Source: Chara braunii (Eukaryota; Plantae; Charophyceae). From it: a DNA stretch of 64,000 nt. The notes under the pieces were generated by a model. It was not told the origin of the DNA, did no database searches, and worked only from the letters and a program-made list of their open reading frames with translations. The DNA is taken from the NCBI GenBank assembly GCA_003427395.1, contig BFEA01000016.1, positions 969,712-1,033,711 on the forward strand, given 5' to 3'. How positions within the stretch are numbered: the first letter of the stretch is position 1; every line of letters begins with the position of its first letter. This document shows, one piece after another, positions 36,570-50,159 of this stretch. The translations under genes were made by a program, and so were the position numbers.

Positions 36570-37529
36570 NNNNNNNNNNNNNNNNNNNNNNNNNNNNNNN
36601 NNNNNNNNNNNNNNNNNNNNNNNNNNNNNNNNNNNNNNNNNNNNNNNNNNNNNNNNNNNNNNNNNNNNNNNNNNNNNNNNNNNNNNNNNNNNNNNNNNNN
36701 NNNNNNNNNNNNNNNNNNNNNNNNNNNNNNNNNNNNNNNNNNNNNNNNNNNNNNNNNNNNNNNNNNNNNNNNNNNNNNNNNNNNNNNNNNNNNNNNNNNN
36801 NNNNNNNNNNNNNNNNNNNNNNNNNNNNNNNNNNNNNNNNNNNNNNNNNNNNNNNNNNNNNNNNNNNNNNNNNNNNNNNNNNNNNNNNNNNNNNNNNNNN
36901 NNNNNNNNNNNNNNNNNNNNNNNNNNNNNNNNNNNNNNNNNNNNNNNNNNNNNNNNNNNNNNNNNNNNNNNNNNNNNNNNNNNNNNNNNNNNNNNNNNNN
37001 NNNNNNNNNNNNNNNNNNNNNNNNNNNNNNNNNNNNNNNNNNNNNNNNNNNNNNNNNNNNNNNNNNNNNNNNNNNNNNNNNNNNNNNNNNNNNNNNNNNN
37101 NNNNNNNNNNNNNNNNNNNNNNNNNNNNNNNNNNNNNNNNNNNNNNNNNNNNNNNNNNNNNNNNNNNNNNNNNNNNNNNNNNNNNNNNNNNNNNNNNNNN
37201 NNNNNNNNNNNNNNNNNNNNNNNNNNNNNNNNNNNNNNNNNNNNNNNNNNNNNNNNNNNNNNNNNNNNNNNNNNNNNNNNNNNNNNNNNNNNNNNNNNNN
37301 NNNNNNNNNNNNNNNNNNNNNNNNNNNNNNNNNNNNNNNNNNNNNNNNNNNNNNNNNNNNNNNNNNNNNNNNNNNNNNNNNNNNNNNNNNNNNNNNNNNN
37401 NNNNNNNNNNNNNNNNNNNNNNNNNNNNNNNNNNNNNNNNNNNNNNNNNNNNNNNNNNNNNNNNNNNNNNNNNNNNNNNNNNNNNNNNNNNNNNNNNNNN
37501 NNNNNNNNNNNNNNNNNNNNNNNNNNNNN
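36570..37529. other. Assembly gap
   Basis: N run. Confidence 1.
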
Positions 37530-38504
37530 TTCCCTATTGACTTAGTGCCTTCAGAGTCCATACGAGGACATTTGGTCGTCACTAGAGGGTCTGGGCTACG
37601 CCTTTGAGGGTTGGGGCCAACACGTAAAAGTCTCGACCATCACCTGAAGATACTTGGGCAAAATCTGTGAGGCGGGATTAGAAGGGTTAGACCCTTCGGA
37701 TCTCATACGGATAGCTATAGCATGCCGACGGAGGAATTTGAGGCATGAGTGAGCCCGACATCGGTGAACTGGTGGGTTTATAAAGGGTTAGGGCAGAGTT
37801 ATACCGAATATTGGCCCTTTGCTGAGAAGAGGAAAGGAGGGCGAGGCCAGGAGCCTTACGAAGGATCAAGTTGTTAGAGACTACCACGATAAAAGTACTA
37901 GATGACTTAAAAGAGGAACTACTCTCCGAGAGAGGTGAGGCACGAGAGCTACCTACACCTCAAACTCGATAAATTGGGAGTTGGAGACAAGGGACGACGG
38001 CCCCGAGGTCGAGATAGTAGGAGGAGCGAATCTTGGGCCAGGCCTTGGAGAGGACCAAGTGGTTAGAGCCAAGAAGAGCTTCCTCGTCGAGGTCCTGCGA
38101 CTGACCTTGTAGAAAAGGAGGTCCTGGACTACCTTAGCGAGGTTTTTGATCGCTATTAGGGGGGCGAGAGGGGTACGGTTCTCTAGGACGTGGAAAGAAC
38201 CCCTGTTGGAGGTCGAGAGGAGGTTCGAGGAGGACTCTAGGTGGCTTGGAAACCCACTCGAGGCCAGGGTGCACCTAGTAGAGGCGCGTTTTTGGGACAG
38301 GTCGGTTGAGTACGAGCAAACGTTGCATCGGGCAATACTCGAGCAGGGCGAACTTGAAGGCTCTCGAGAGAGGTGTGAGGACTCGCTAGTCGAGGCAGCA
38401 GAGAGGTTAGCTCGGGTGAGGTGAGTCGGCCACTGATTAGGTTCGACTGGGGAAACCCTGTCGGAATCTTGGAAAGAGCCTAGAAGTCCAGGTCCAGGTA
38501 TGGA

Positions 38505-39290
38505 GTGACCCTCCCCAAGGTTGAGAAAGAAGGGGAGATCACCACAGAGTTCTTTGAAATATACGGGCAAGAAACACAAGTCCGTTTCTCAATAATCTCA
38601 AGGGACGGTACACACACGCGAAGAGCAGAGATCTTTTTGTCTCGCGACGACAGACAATTCTTTGCTACCGAGTTGGCGGAAGGAAAGGACCCTCTGGGCA
38701 TCGCGGAGAAAACCCGGGACCGACTTAGAAGGTTGAGAGGAGGAGTAGCAGGAAGGCGTGAAATAGAAAGGGTTGAATACCGAGGACGGTTAGAAATTCC
38801 GCGAGCAGCCCACTGCCGGAACTGAGAAGTTCCTGCTTGGGTCTACCGTTTGCTCTACCCTGACGACGCGAGCGTGAGGAGGGTTCAAATTAGGGGACCG
38901 ATAATCGAAAAATTCCCCCTAGGTGAAGCGAAGGGGCACGAGCTGTTTACCCTGTGTTGGGAATCCCTAGAGCTCACAAACTTTGAATGGTGGGCTTTGG
39001 TCGGTAATTTCATCAAGCCCCTGTTCTCAGGACAGGCCGGAGAAGTAGATAGAGGCCTGATTAGGCGGTGCTCGCTGGAAGGGATTAGGGGTGTCTCGGA
39101 TCTAGAAATTGCCAACCTTGCGCTAGCAGCTTGCGAAGAGAAGAAAGTGCGAGACTCCTGGTGGACTGTGACTAGCGATGAGTCCGAAGGAGATAGTGGG
39201 ACACAAGGATCGAGTGAAGGAGAAAGAGGCTCGGAGGAGAGTAGTGGGACGACAAGCCAAGAAAGTGACTCTAGCGGAGAGAGAGACTAA
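38505..39290 (+). pseudogene. Additional accessory ORF before gag (~260 codons, in-frame TGA at 38823) with Ser/Glu-rich tail
   Basis: ORFs 38505-38825 and 38850-39290 share a frame and end 10 nt before the gag ATG; no recognised domain. Confidence 0.45.
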
Positions 39291-39300
39291 GGACTGGTGC

Positions 39301-41451
39301 ATGGAAAGTGTGGTGGAGCATGGGGTCGCCTAATCACCTAAGACCACCACTAAGGGGCGAGCTGAGGAAGGCGCCGAATTGGAGGCGAGATTGAGCAAGC
39401 CAGCCGAAGGAGTGACCGAAGGGGTAGAGGCTATGGACAGGGCCATAAGGAGCCAGGAAGAACCCCTCAGGGAGAAAGCTACGGAACCACGTGCGAGCTC
39501 GGACGAGCGTTTGCACCGAGAAATGGAGCCACGTGTACCTATGAGAGAGAGGACAACCGAAGCCACGAGGGGCTTCCCGGTCGAAACCCGATGGGCGGAC
39601 CACGGGGACACGGAAGAAAGAGTCGGCGAAGGGCAGGAGTGTCCCCGTAACAGGGCTGGATGCTGGGCACCAAGGAGAAGCGAGGAAGTAGACCCAAGAA
39701 GGAGGGAACTTGGGGACGGATGGCCAAACGAGATTGGGGGAGGACCGCGAAGATGGGCAGGCAGGGAAATCGGCCCCGCTTGGGCGCGAGAAGAGGTGGT
39801 AGGAAGGAATATGGAAGGACCCGGAGATATCTGGAGAGGAGCTAGGGCCCCGGAATCCATGTACTAGGAACGCGAAGATCTGGGTTATAGCGGTCGCAGG
39901 GAGGAGGAATCATGGGGATCTCCGAGACCTCGACCCCGGATAGAGGATTTGGACCCTTCCTGGTACAAACCTTACGATCCAGCGATAGATGGGCCGGCCG
40001 ATGGACCTTACTTCCGTCGGTATGACGATCGCCGAGTCCCTTATTACGATGTAAACCTAGGGCTCGATTCGCTCTATTTTAACGGAAGGTACGTGACCGG
40101 GTTCGTGAAAAAATGAGAGAGTTACGCCTACCGGAAAAAGTTTTCGGAAAAAGAGTGGATCGACGACTTCATACAGCATTTAGACCCGGAGCTGGACCAG
40201 GCCATCAGGGCCGTGTACCCGTCTGATGGAAGGTGGAAGACCTTCAAAAACAGCCTACTGAGGATCTTTGCGTGTGACGACATGATCCCCACGATAGAAG
40301 GGCTCCGTCGCGTGACGAGAGGAGAGCAAGAAAGCCTGGTGGCCTTTACTCGGAGGTTCAAACGCTTGTCCCAGACCTTAGTGGATAGAGGGATGCTTTC
40401 GGAAGTCGATAGGTGCGTGATGTTCATGTTGCACCTGCCTAAGGAGAAAAGGAGGGAGGTCCTCGAAAAGGCCCCTAGGAACTCCGCAAATTTCGAAAGG
40501 GTCGTCGAAGTAGTCTTCACTGGAGGAGGTGTGGATGTACGGGAATATATGAAGGAGAGTTTAGACATGACACTCCGGAGTATACGCTCCCAAGAGGGCG
40601 ATGGTCCACGTGGAAATGAAAGGCAGCCTCCGGGGCCTCCCGCCCAACGCTGGGGAGGAGGACCCCCGGGTTGGCGGAACGAACCCGACAATCAAGTGAA
40701 CTGGAGGACCGATCGAGAGGCCGGGGGGAATCGAGCCTCAAAATGGGGAAATTCCCGATGGAAGGATGCAAGGGATGGAAGATGGGGAAACCCTCCTCAA
40801 CCTAGGGCCATGGGGGATCGACCAGAGGAAAATCAGGCTAGAACGCCACCGCCTCCCGGGCCTTCCGGGACAGCGGAAGCGCCCCCTTAAGTCGCTCCCC
40901 GCGCTAACAACCCGCCGCCTCGAAGCGGGTGTGTCTATTGCAATGAGAAGGGTCACATCAAACGAGAATGCCCTTACCGTACGGAAACCCTAAGGTTGGG
41001 AGTAGTAAAATTAAATGAGAATAAGTGGGTAGTTTGGGGGGACGATGGGGAAGCAGTCTCCTTCTATCCCTCCATGAAGGTGAATGTGGACAAGAGGATA
41101 GCCCTCCAAGAGGCAAGGCTGGGAAAGAAGCCCGAGATTGGGGGTACCTCCAACTCATCCCATGTCCAAATGACAGAATCGCCAGGAGGCGTGTCCATAA
41201 GGGAACCCCAGGTGTCGAGCATCAAGTTCGTTGAGACCCAGCCTGAAGAGGAAGGGCCTTGCCTAAGAGTAAGAACCCAAGTTGGGGCCGGGCCGTCCAA
41301 AGGCAAAGAAAGCGCGACGGAGGGTAGAGGAAGAAGGAGCGGTGACGACGACCAACCGATGGTCGACGCCAAAGGCACGGAAGAAAGAAAGGGGAAGAAC
41401 CCACTTCACCTAAATCCCCTAGGAAGAGGGGGGCGAAAAAGTTCGAGATGA
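39301..41451 (+). pseudogene. gag: gag with in-frame stops
   Basis: One frame from ATG 39301 with stops including 39331, 39865, 40114 and 40888; capsid-like GEQESLVAFTRRF; knuckle CVYCNEKGHIKREC at 40930. Confidence 0.85.
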
Positions 41452-44400
41452 AATGTACCTTAGACGAAATAGACACGGTAGCTCCCCTACGGAGGACCCT
41501 AATGCAGCCTATGCAGTGCACCCTTCTGGAGTACTTGGCGGCCAGCAAGAGCGCTAGGGAAGAGCTCCTAAGCATCACAAGGAAAGTGAGAATCCCGTTC
41601 ACGGGAGGACCCACGGTTACGGGGGATGGACCTGCCAAAGAAAAATTGCAGTACTCTAGGATCACTATGGAGGAATTGCCGGCGAATTTCTTATCGGGAG
41701 AAGAGGCCAAAAGGTTCTATGTATTAGGGAGCGGCCAACTCCAGGCAGTGGTGAGTGGAAAAAAGATGAGGGCTCTGGTGGATAACAGGTTCGAATCCAC
41801 GGTATGTAGAGACTCCATTGCCCGGGAGTTAGGTTTGGAAGTAGATAGAGGGGTGTCGATGTCGATGGTCGTAGCGGATAAGAAGCTACAGCCGGCAGAG
41901 GGGGTGTGTCACAACCCCATGATTGAGGTCGCCGACGTCGAAGCCACAGTCCCAATATTCTCGGTAAAAGAGTGTTTCTCCGAGTTGATCCTCGGAAGAA
42001 CCTGGCTGAGCGCGGTCCACGCTACCACGGTTGACCTACCAGATGGGAGTCAGACTCTCTCGATCCAAGGTCCGGATGGAATCCGAGTCGTCCTAAAGAC
42101 CGTGGACGCTCAAGATGAGCGAAACCGGACCAGCATTCCAAGGCGGAAGAAGGCCCAGTCAAGGGTGTGCCAATTCTGTCTAGAAGAATCACCCTTTGCT
42201 GATAAGGAACCCCCGGGGGACCGATTGGATGTCGAGGATGTCGGGGGCAGGGTCGTGATCAATGGGGTAGGGTACGAGAAAGAGGACGAGGAAGAGGAGT
42301 TCGGTGGGTGCGTAAGGCTGTCTTTTTTGGAGGAATCCCCCTAGCCGGCGGAGTCAAGAAGCATAAAACCGTGGCGGAGAAAGTAAAACCCGCTGCGGTC
42401 AGCCGGAATAGAACGGGGGAAACTTCGATATCGGAGGAGGAAATCGCCGATATCATCCGAAAAAGGAAGGAGACCGAGGGACAAAGAATTACGGCCGATA
42501 GGTTGGCAAAGATGGATATAGGGGATGGGAACCTCACGAAGGAGGAGAAGGAGTACGCAACAATGACCCTGAGAGACTGCGATAAGGCTATAGCCTTCGA
42601 TGACTCGGAGAGAGGGAGGATCGACCCGAGGTACGCTAAGCCCGCCCGGATCCACACGATCCCTCATGTATCTTGGAAAGATAGACCCCAATGGAAGTAC
42701 ACTCAAAAGGAGAAGGAGGAGATAGTGACCTTTATCAAAGAAAAGATAAGGACGTTCGTCACGGAGCCTTGTGAAAGTGCCTACTCCAATAAATGGTTCT
42801 TTCTGAGGAAAGGGGGTAGCAACAAGGTGAGGTGGATTCAGAACCTCCAAAGGACCAACGCGGTCACTATAAGGGACGTGGAGTCCAGACCTGAGGTTGA
42901 TCTACTTGCGGAAGGGTCGGCAGGTCGCTCGATCTACTCGATCTGCGATTTCTTCTCGGGCTATGATGAAATCCCCTTGGACCATCGTGATAGATACATG
43001 ACCGCTATGCATACGCCTCTAGGGCTGGTCCAAATGATGGTGGTACCGATGGGGTGGACGAACGGCGTCGCAGTATTCCAAAGGACCATGATCGCGGTCC
43101 TCAAAGAATTCATACCAGAGAATGTGGAAGTCTTCCTTGATGACTTCCCGATGAAAGGGCCGGTCGAAAAGGATGAGACGGAGGTCTTCCCCGGGGTGAG
43201 GAAGTTGGTGGTGGACCATATGAAGGATGTCGGGGAGGTCCTTGCGAAATTAGATGACGCCAACCTTACAGTGAGTGGGACGAAGAGCCGCTGGGGAGTG
43301 TCGTCGATCAAAATATTAGGCTTCATCTGTGACAAGGATGGGCGGAGGCCCGACCCCGCGAAGTCAGAAAAAATGATGGTCTGGCCTTCGCCATTAAAAT
43401 CAATAACGGAGGTTAGGCAGTTTTTAGGGGTGGTGGGCTACTGGAGGATCTTTATAAAAACCTACAGTGAGAAGGCGGAACCGCTTAGACGACTGCTTAG
43501 AAAAACGGAAGGGTGGACCTAAGGAGAAGAACAGACCTCGACCATGAAAACCCTTAAAGAAGAATTCTGCGAAGGAGGGCAGGTCGTAGGCGTCCCTTTC
43601 TTCGAGGACGAAGAGAACCGCCCGTTTATAGTTGCTACGGACGCTGGACCGTGCTCCGTAGGTGGGCTTCTGTCCCAAAGAGATCAAAACGGGAAAGAAA
43701 GGCCGCTTCGGTTCGAGAGTCGGGCCTTAAACCCCGCCGAGAGGAACTATAGCCAATTCAAAAAAGAAGTGCTGAGGGTGTTGCACTGCCTAAAGACCTT
43801 CCGCCACTACATCTACAGGAGGCGTTTCCTCCTGAGAGTGGACCCGACCGTGGTAGCGGTTGTCCTTCAAAAGAACTTCTCGCTAACCGACCCGACTATC
43901 GCTAGATGGATGATCCATATTAGACTCTACGATTATAGGGTCGAGAGGATCTCCGGGGCCAAAAATCAGGTCGCCGACGAACTATCCCGACTCCCGATCC
44001 GGGAGGAGGGTTATCCGAAGTTGGAGGAAGCAAGGGCAGCGATGTCCGAAGAGGAGGTGATCCGAATGGCTGCTAACAACGCACAAGTGGGGGTGACCAT
44101 CCGGGAGAAAGATAGAAGCCCTGGGACGTTCTTCGCTAACTTCTATGACGGGAAGTACCGTGACATAGGGTTGTACCTAGCAGGCAAGGGGGAAGGTACC
44201 GAGGTGATTAAGAAAGAGGCGCTGGGGTATTGCCTATGAGAAGGGCACCTCTTTAAGAGGCCTACCAAGTTTGCAATTCCCATGAGGGTGCTTTGCGATC
44301 CGGAGGAAAGGAAGACAGTTATAGAACTACACGACGAGGTCGTCGGAGGGCATAGAAGGGTAAGAGGGACCTTTGATAAGGTCTGTAGACTTTATTGGTG

Positions 44401-45959
44401 GGATGGACAGTACGGAGAAGTAGATAAGTATTGTCTGACCTGTGAGGTGTGCCAAAAGAGGGCGACAATTCACTACAAGGAACCCCTAGTTCCGTCGCTC
44501 CTCACTGTGCCCGGCGAAAAAGTCCATGTTGACCTAGTAACCATGCCTAAAGGAGTCAGCGGGCTTCGGTACATAATCAATGCCCGCGATGACCTAACCA
44601 GATCCGTAGAAGCTAAGGCTATTAAGAAGAAGACGGCCGAGGAGGTGAGTGATTTTCTCTTGGGGTACATTGCCCGGTACGGTTGTGTCGGAAAGATAGT
44701 TATGGATAGGGGGTCAGAATTCCTTAGTCGAAGGGTCAAGGAGATATTAGAGAAGGGAGGGATTAAGGCGGCCTATACGACCGCCTATCACCCCCAAAGC
44801 AACATTCCGGTCGAAAGAGGTCACCAAACCCTTGTAGAGGCCTTGGCAAAATTGTGCAAAGGACGTGCGGAACAATGACCAAAGTATTTGCGCTATGCAG
44901 TTTGGGCGGATAACATGACAGTCAAATCAAGTACTGGGTATCCCCCCTACACCCTTTGGTTCGGTAGACACGGCCCACTACCCATCCAGTTCCACGTCGA
45001 CACCTGGACGAGTGTCTCGTGGGAAACCAACATAATAAGGTGCGAACTGTTGGAGGCAAGGATCCAACAAATAGTCGAGAATTTGGACGTCGGACTTGCC
45101 GAGGCAAGAAAAAACATCGAGAAGGAGAGGGTGAAAGGGAAAGAAAGGTGGGACAAGAATTTGCGGGTCCAGCAAAAGCCAATAGGGACCAGTGACCTAG
45201 TCCTAATGAACGACTCATCGCTAGAAAAGACATAGAGCAGAAAACTGGCCAACCNNNNNNNNNNNNNNNNNNNNNNNNNNNNNNNNNNNNNNNNNNNNNN
45301 NNNNNNNNNNNNNNNNNNNNNNNNNNNNNNNNNNNNNNNNNNNNNNNNNNNNNNNNNNNNNNNNNNNNNNNNNNNNNNNNNNNNNNNNNNNNNNNNNNNN
45401 NNNNNNNNNNNNNNNNNNNAACGACTCATCGCTAGAAAAGACATAGAGCAGAAAACTGGCCAACCGATGGATGGGGCCGTACCGAGTCCTAAAGAGGTTG
45501 GATGGGACTAGATTACGAGACCCTGTCGCAGGGGCTCGTCTCAAACTCTTTCGATGGCGAAGGACACTTAGGGAAGAAACGAAAAGGAAGGACAAGGAAG
45601 CAGTCGACGCGGAAGTGACCCCTGAGAAAGGAGAGACTTCGAAACAGGGAGCCTCTTCTCGGCCGCCTAGGAGGGGGTATAAGGTTCGGAAACCTCCCTT
45701 GCCAAAGACCCCCAAAAGAAAGAAGCGGCCAAGGGAGAACGACAGTGATGTCGACCAACTAGGAAAACGCAGGATAAGGGAGAGAAGGGACGCTTCAAGG
45801 AAAGCCTTGAGGGTCAAGCGTGAGAGAGAAGAGAGGAAGAGAAGGAGAGAGAGGCTCGCGAAAAATACGAGGAGACGGAAAACAGGAATAGAACCGCCTG
45901 GGAGAAAAAGGGGGGGGCAATGTGCCATAACTAGAGAGAGCATGTGTAGTAATACCTAA
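41448..45959 (+). pseudogene. pol: pol: aspartic protease, RT, RNase H, integrase with GPY motif and basic tail
   Basis: PR ALVDNRFE..LILGRTWL; RT DFFSGY, PMGWTN, VFLDDF; RNase H TDAG..ERNYS; IN HHCC, VHVDL, MDRGSEF, VERGH; WMGPYRV; stops at 43520, 44237, 44876, 45233; frame change near 42310-42340. Confidence 0.95.
45255..45419. other. Assembly gap with overlapping contig ends
   Basis: The same ~46 nt appear on both sides of the N run. Confidence 0.9.
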
Positions 45960-46363
45960 AAGGGCGAGGTGCTATGGTTAACGAAAATATACTGTACCAT
46001 AGTTAGAGAAAACATGTGTCATAATGTCAAAAGGGAGCTGTGCCTTAGGGGTGCTGTACCATAGTTAGAGGGGACGTATATCATAGTTTCGGAAGTTAAG
46101 AAGAGCATGTGTTGTAGTTCCAACGGTAGGGAAAAAGGGGGACTGTGCCAAGATGAAGCAATATGGTTTACGAACCAAAAAGTTAAGTCCGGTAGGAAGG
46201 GGAAAACGAGGGATGAACGTAGTCTAACAAGGCAAGGGCTAATGCGAACCATGGGAACGCGAAAAGTACGTTAAAGGGATAACCACTGGGAATGGGGAAA
46301 AGGTTAAGAAAAGGGTCATGGGGAAGCTCGCCGGGGACGGTGAGAATTGAGGTGTGGGCTGGT

Positions 46364-48187
46364 TGTGGGGCGGCTGCCTACCAGCCGAGTGCACCCCTTT
46401 GACGAAACATGACCTTCTTTTGGAATGTTTTTCTTGTTTTTGCATGTTTTGGTACCTGGATGCATGAGGCTTGAGGGGTTTCTTTTGAGGGAGGTGGGTT
46501 TTCTTTTATTTTTACTAACGGTTGCGCGGGCATGGAAAAGGACAGCAGACGCAAGGTCTCAAGAGGGGCCTAGAGCGGACTAAGAGTTCAAGATTTCGGC
46601 ACGACGCGTGAGAAGCGAAAAGAAGGCGGCAGGCTTTGGGACTAAGGGTGGAAGGCTGGGAAGAACCAGGTACAAAGTTGAGTCGGGTGCCTTGGCTACG
46701 AGACAACTGGTACAGGGGGGAGGGCTCAATTAGGCTGGCCCAAGGGGACTACGGGATGCCGCCCTGGCCGTCGCGCCGAGGACGGACTTGGTGTGATGCG
46801 GCTGGCCCGATCGGTGCGGCATGGCCAATTCCGACCCGAGCATCATGACACAATCCGACGAGCTGGGAAGGGCGGATGATCCCTGGCCTGGTCGATGTGA
46901 CCAAGGGGGATGGGATGATCGGCAGGTGTAGGGATCGAGCTGCAAACCGAACCACGCAAAAGGTGATCGGGCGAATCTTACGGATTGCTGACCAATCGAA
47001 GCAAAGGGGGAAGGAGGAAGAGGCCTAGAGAAAGGGGGAGGTGATCCAAAGGAACGAGCGGAGCGAATGAGAAACTATGGCGCAGAAAACCGACTGGCAT
47101 CGAGAATGTCGAGCGGCCGAAGCTAGAGGCAGGTGAAGGCTACTGCCGGGTCACGACAACCAAGATCACTCTCGATGGATGACGACCGAGCAGTAGCGTG
47201 GGGACATCCGCGAGACCACGAAGTAAGCCAAAATGATAATTTGAGAAGATTCGAGCAATCCCTCAAAGGGGGTGGCCCCTCCTGAGCTAAGAGGCCCCGT
47301 ACTTTTTGTTTGTTTTACAAAAAAAAAAAAAAAAAAAAAAGGGGAAGTGAAACTGAGGGGAAAAGTCGGTCAGGTGATGGCGACCGCCAAGCAAGAGAAC
47401 GGAGGAGGTGCGTGAGAAGATCGGATACCCCCGGGGCGAATTCATTGGAGCAGATGCGAAAAGGACGAGAGGAGCCGCGCGCGCATTCCTGGAATGACTC
47501 GGGCGGAGAAAAGGGTTGCGACCGCGAGAGCTAGAAGGAGCAAAGGAGGGAAACAGGGCAGTAAGACAGGGTGAGTGCCGCCAGGATCAAGAAGATGCGA
47601 ACGAGCTGGAACGGTTGAAGAAAGGAGCGTGTGCGCACCCTTCTTGATAACCGAATGGGAAGTTGGTGGCTCAGGGACAAGGAACGGGGCGGGCACAGCC
47701 TAAGTGAGGGAGAGAGAACCACGAACACCTGAAGGTAGAATGTGAGGGAAGCTAGGTGGATTGGGCGGGAAATTGAAATTTTCGTAAAAGTTTGAAATTG
47801 GCGCTGGAAGCACTTTGCAACCAGCTGAAGGAGGAGCAGAAGGGCAGTAATTCGCCGGGATTGAGGAAGGGAGGATCGACGAGAGAGGGCTCTAGTCCGA
47901 ACAAAGAGTATAAGAAGGGAGACAAGAAGGAGTACAGGGGAAGAGTAAGGAGGCGTCCGGAGCGACCGTGCGTGCGTCTCCGAACTAGTGCACCGCGAGC
48001 GGAGTAGAGAGAGGGGAGGGAGTCAGGGTGTATGAGGATGGGAGCGCCAGTAGCGCCCGACAGTTCTCACTAGCGCTCGAGGTCGAGCTAACGACCCTCC
48101 AAGAGGTAGTGAGAGATAGAGAGAGAGGGAGAGCGAGAGGAGGGGGATAGAGTGCGTCCAACGGCTGAGAGATGGGAGGGTCGTGAC
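46364..48187 (+). repeat. 3' LTR of the plus-strand Gypsy
   Basis: Matches 30514-32521. Confidence 0.9.
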
Positions 48188-49314
48188 AAGGGGTGTTGGA
48201 ACAAAGCTCGAGGCGCCTACAACGGTGGCGCTTGGGGCGGATGAAGGTGAGGACCTGCGCGCACCTTGAGGAACGCTTAGCGTGCATAGACGAGAAGACG
48301 ATCCGGAGAGGAGACCTTATGAGTGGAACGACGACACCAAGAGCACCGGAGTGGGGGGGAAGACTCATGAGGAAGGAAGAAGTTTATGTAGAAGCGGGCG
48401 CCCTCAAAGATAAGGTGATTTGTCGGGTAGTCTCCGACGGCTAAGGCCTTTTGGGAGCCTTCACACACCTGGGCGACACTCGAGCTCGCGGGAAGATCTC
48501 GCCATGTAGGTGGGAGGAGGCGGTGAAGCGAGGGAAGAGAAGCGGAAGTTGGCAAGCTAGGGGAGGGGTGAGGAGCTAATAGTCGGTCGGAGAGGAAGAG
48601 GGAGAGAGGAGGGCCAGCCACCTTCGTCCTTCCAGTCGCTCGTGCTTCACGGGATCGACTCAAATGTGAAAAGGCGCGAGCTAGGAGCACCATTGCAGAC
48701 ACGCGGAGGGGAACTATTTGGGCTCGCACGTCGAAGGAGACAGTCTGTAGAGAGCATCCGCACGACGATCGATTCCGTTCGCCTCGGAGGCTGGCAAGTG
48801 GCTGCTATCAACAACATCTGAACTCCGTCGTCTTTTAGCTGGCTGGTTTCTGCGAACATCCGAGGATCAGCTATTGTTGACGACTGGTCCACGGTTCAAA
48901 CTTAGCCGTCTCTGCTTGTCCCGCTTGTGCCAGGCGATCTTTCTGCCAAATAAGAACGGGGAGGGTCACGCTCCGTTCGCTGTGAAATGTGGTTGGGTCC
49001 CCGTGGGTATCCTGCGCCCCGAGGTCTCGGGCTCCTCGATCGGTAAGCATCTTGTCATCGCTCTATAGGATCGAAACATCCCTCTCTTTTCCTGCGCCAC
49101 GATCTTATGGGACTTGCCCACCTATGCAAAGCACAGAGACAAAAGAGAGCGAAAAAGAGTGAAAGAGAGAGAGAGAACGAGAGAGAAAGAGATGAAGAGA
49201 GAGAGAGAGAGAGGGTGAGAAAGAGAGAAGGAGGGAAAGAGAGAGGCGTAGCGAGGAAGAGACAGAGGCCGCATCGACGAGGGAACCGACTAAGCTCGGG
49301 TCTCCGCAGAAGAC

Positions 49315-49780
49315 CTGGACTGCCTTTTCGACTTCGTTTCGGTACTTGTTTTCTGAGTCGTAAGTACCTGGTTCGGTCTTTGGAGAAAGTGCATCTTAAT
49401 GTGTGGCTCGATCTAGACTGCCTTTCGACTTCGTTTCGGTACTTGTTTTCTGAGTCGTAAGTACCTGGTTGGGTCTTTGGAAAAAGTGCATCTTAATCTG
49501 TGGCTCGATCTAGGCTGTCCTATCGACTTCGTTTCGATACTTGTTTTCTGAGTCGTAAGTATCTGGTTGGGTCTTTGGAGACGGTGCATCTTAATCTGTG
49601 GCTCGATCTGGACTGCGTTTTCGACTTTGTTTCGGTTCTTGTTTTTCTGAGTCGTAAGTACCTGGTTCGGTTTTTGGAGAAAGCGCATCTTGATCTGTGG
49701 CTCGACCTGCACTGCCTTTTCGACATCGTTTTTCCCTTGAGTCGTAAGTACCAAGTGGAGTCTTCGCAGAAGGTGCATCC
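49315..49780. repeat. ~98-bp minisatellite (~4.7 units) between GA-rich tracts
   Basis: Units start at 49315, 49413, 49510, 49608, 49707 with constant TGAGTCGTAAGTA. Confidence 0.9.
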
Positions 49781-50159
49781 CTATCAGACGAGTTTCTCGT
49801 GGGGGGGGGAGGGGGACACAGAAAAAAAAGAGAGGGAGAGTGAGAGAGAGAGAGAGAGGAAACGAGGAGGCGAGGAAAGATAAGGCGCGTGGTTGTTGAG
49901 GCTCCGTCGCACATATGAGAAAAACGTTGGGCGGGGTCTGAAGCGTTTCCGTACCAGTGACGGAGCTCGCGAACGAGTACCGACGGGGGCGGTCCGAGGG
50001 CCCAACAAGCGAGTAGAGAAAAGCGAGTTCGGTAACAGGGCAGGCTGCACGAGGAGCGTCGTTCGTCGAGCTGAGAACGTGTCCCGTGTCGGTCAAAATA
50101 GCGGTTGAAGACGGACAGTCGCAACAAACCCCGGAGGGAACGCCCCTGGCCGACACCGC

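Larger units (their letters stand above)
30514..48187 (+). mobile_element. Large (~17.7 kb) Ty3/Gypsy LTR retrotransposon, decayed
   Basis: Two ~1.8-2.0 kb direct repeats TGTGGGG..GTGACA; gag-PR-RT-RNase H-IN order; no TSD seen. Confidence 0.95.

Noticed and set aside
36333-37607. Long ORFs of 350-424 aa
   Set aside because: Artefacts of the N gap; likewise the ER/LS-repeat ORFs over (GA)n and (CT)n.
41380-42344. Programmed -1 frameshifts
   Set aside because: Two frame changes exist, but the element has many disabling mutations, so they cannot be told apart from decay without other copies.
45209-45465. Tandem duplication in integrase
   Set aside because: The duplicated ~46 nt flank an N run, typical of overlapping contig ends.
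45471-45959. Chromodomain or env after integrase
   Set aside because: Only a low-complexity Lys/Arg-rich tail; no aromatic cage or hydrophobic transmembrane segment.
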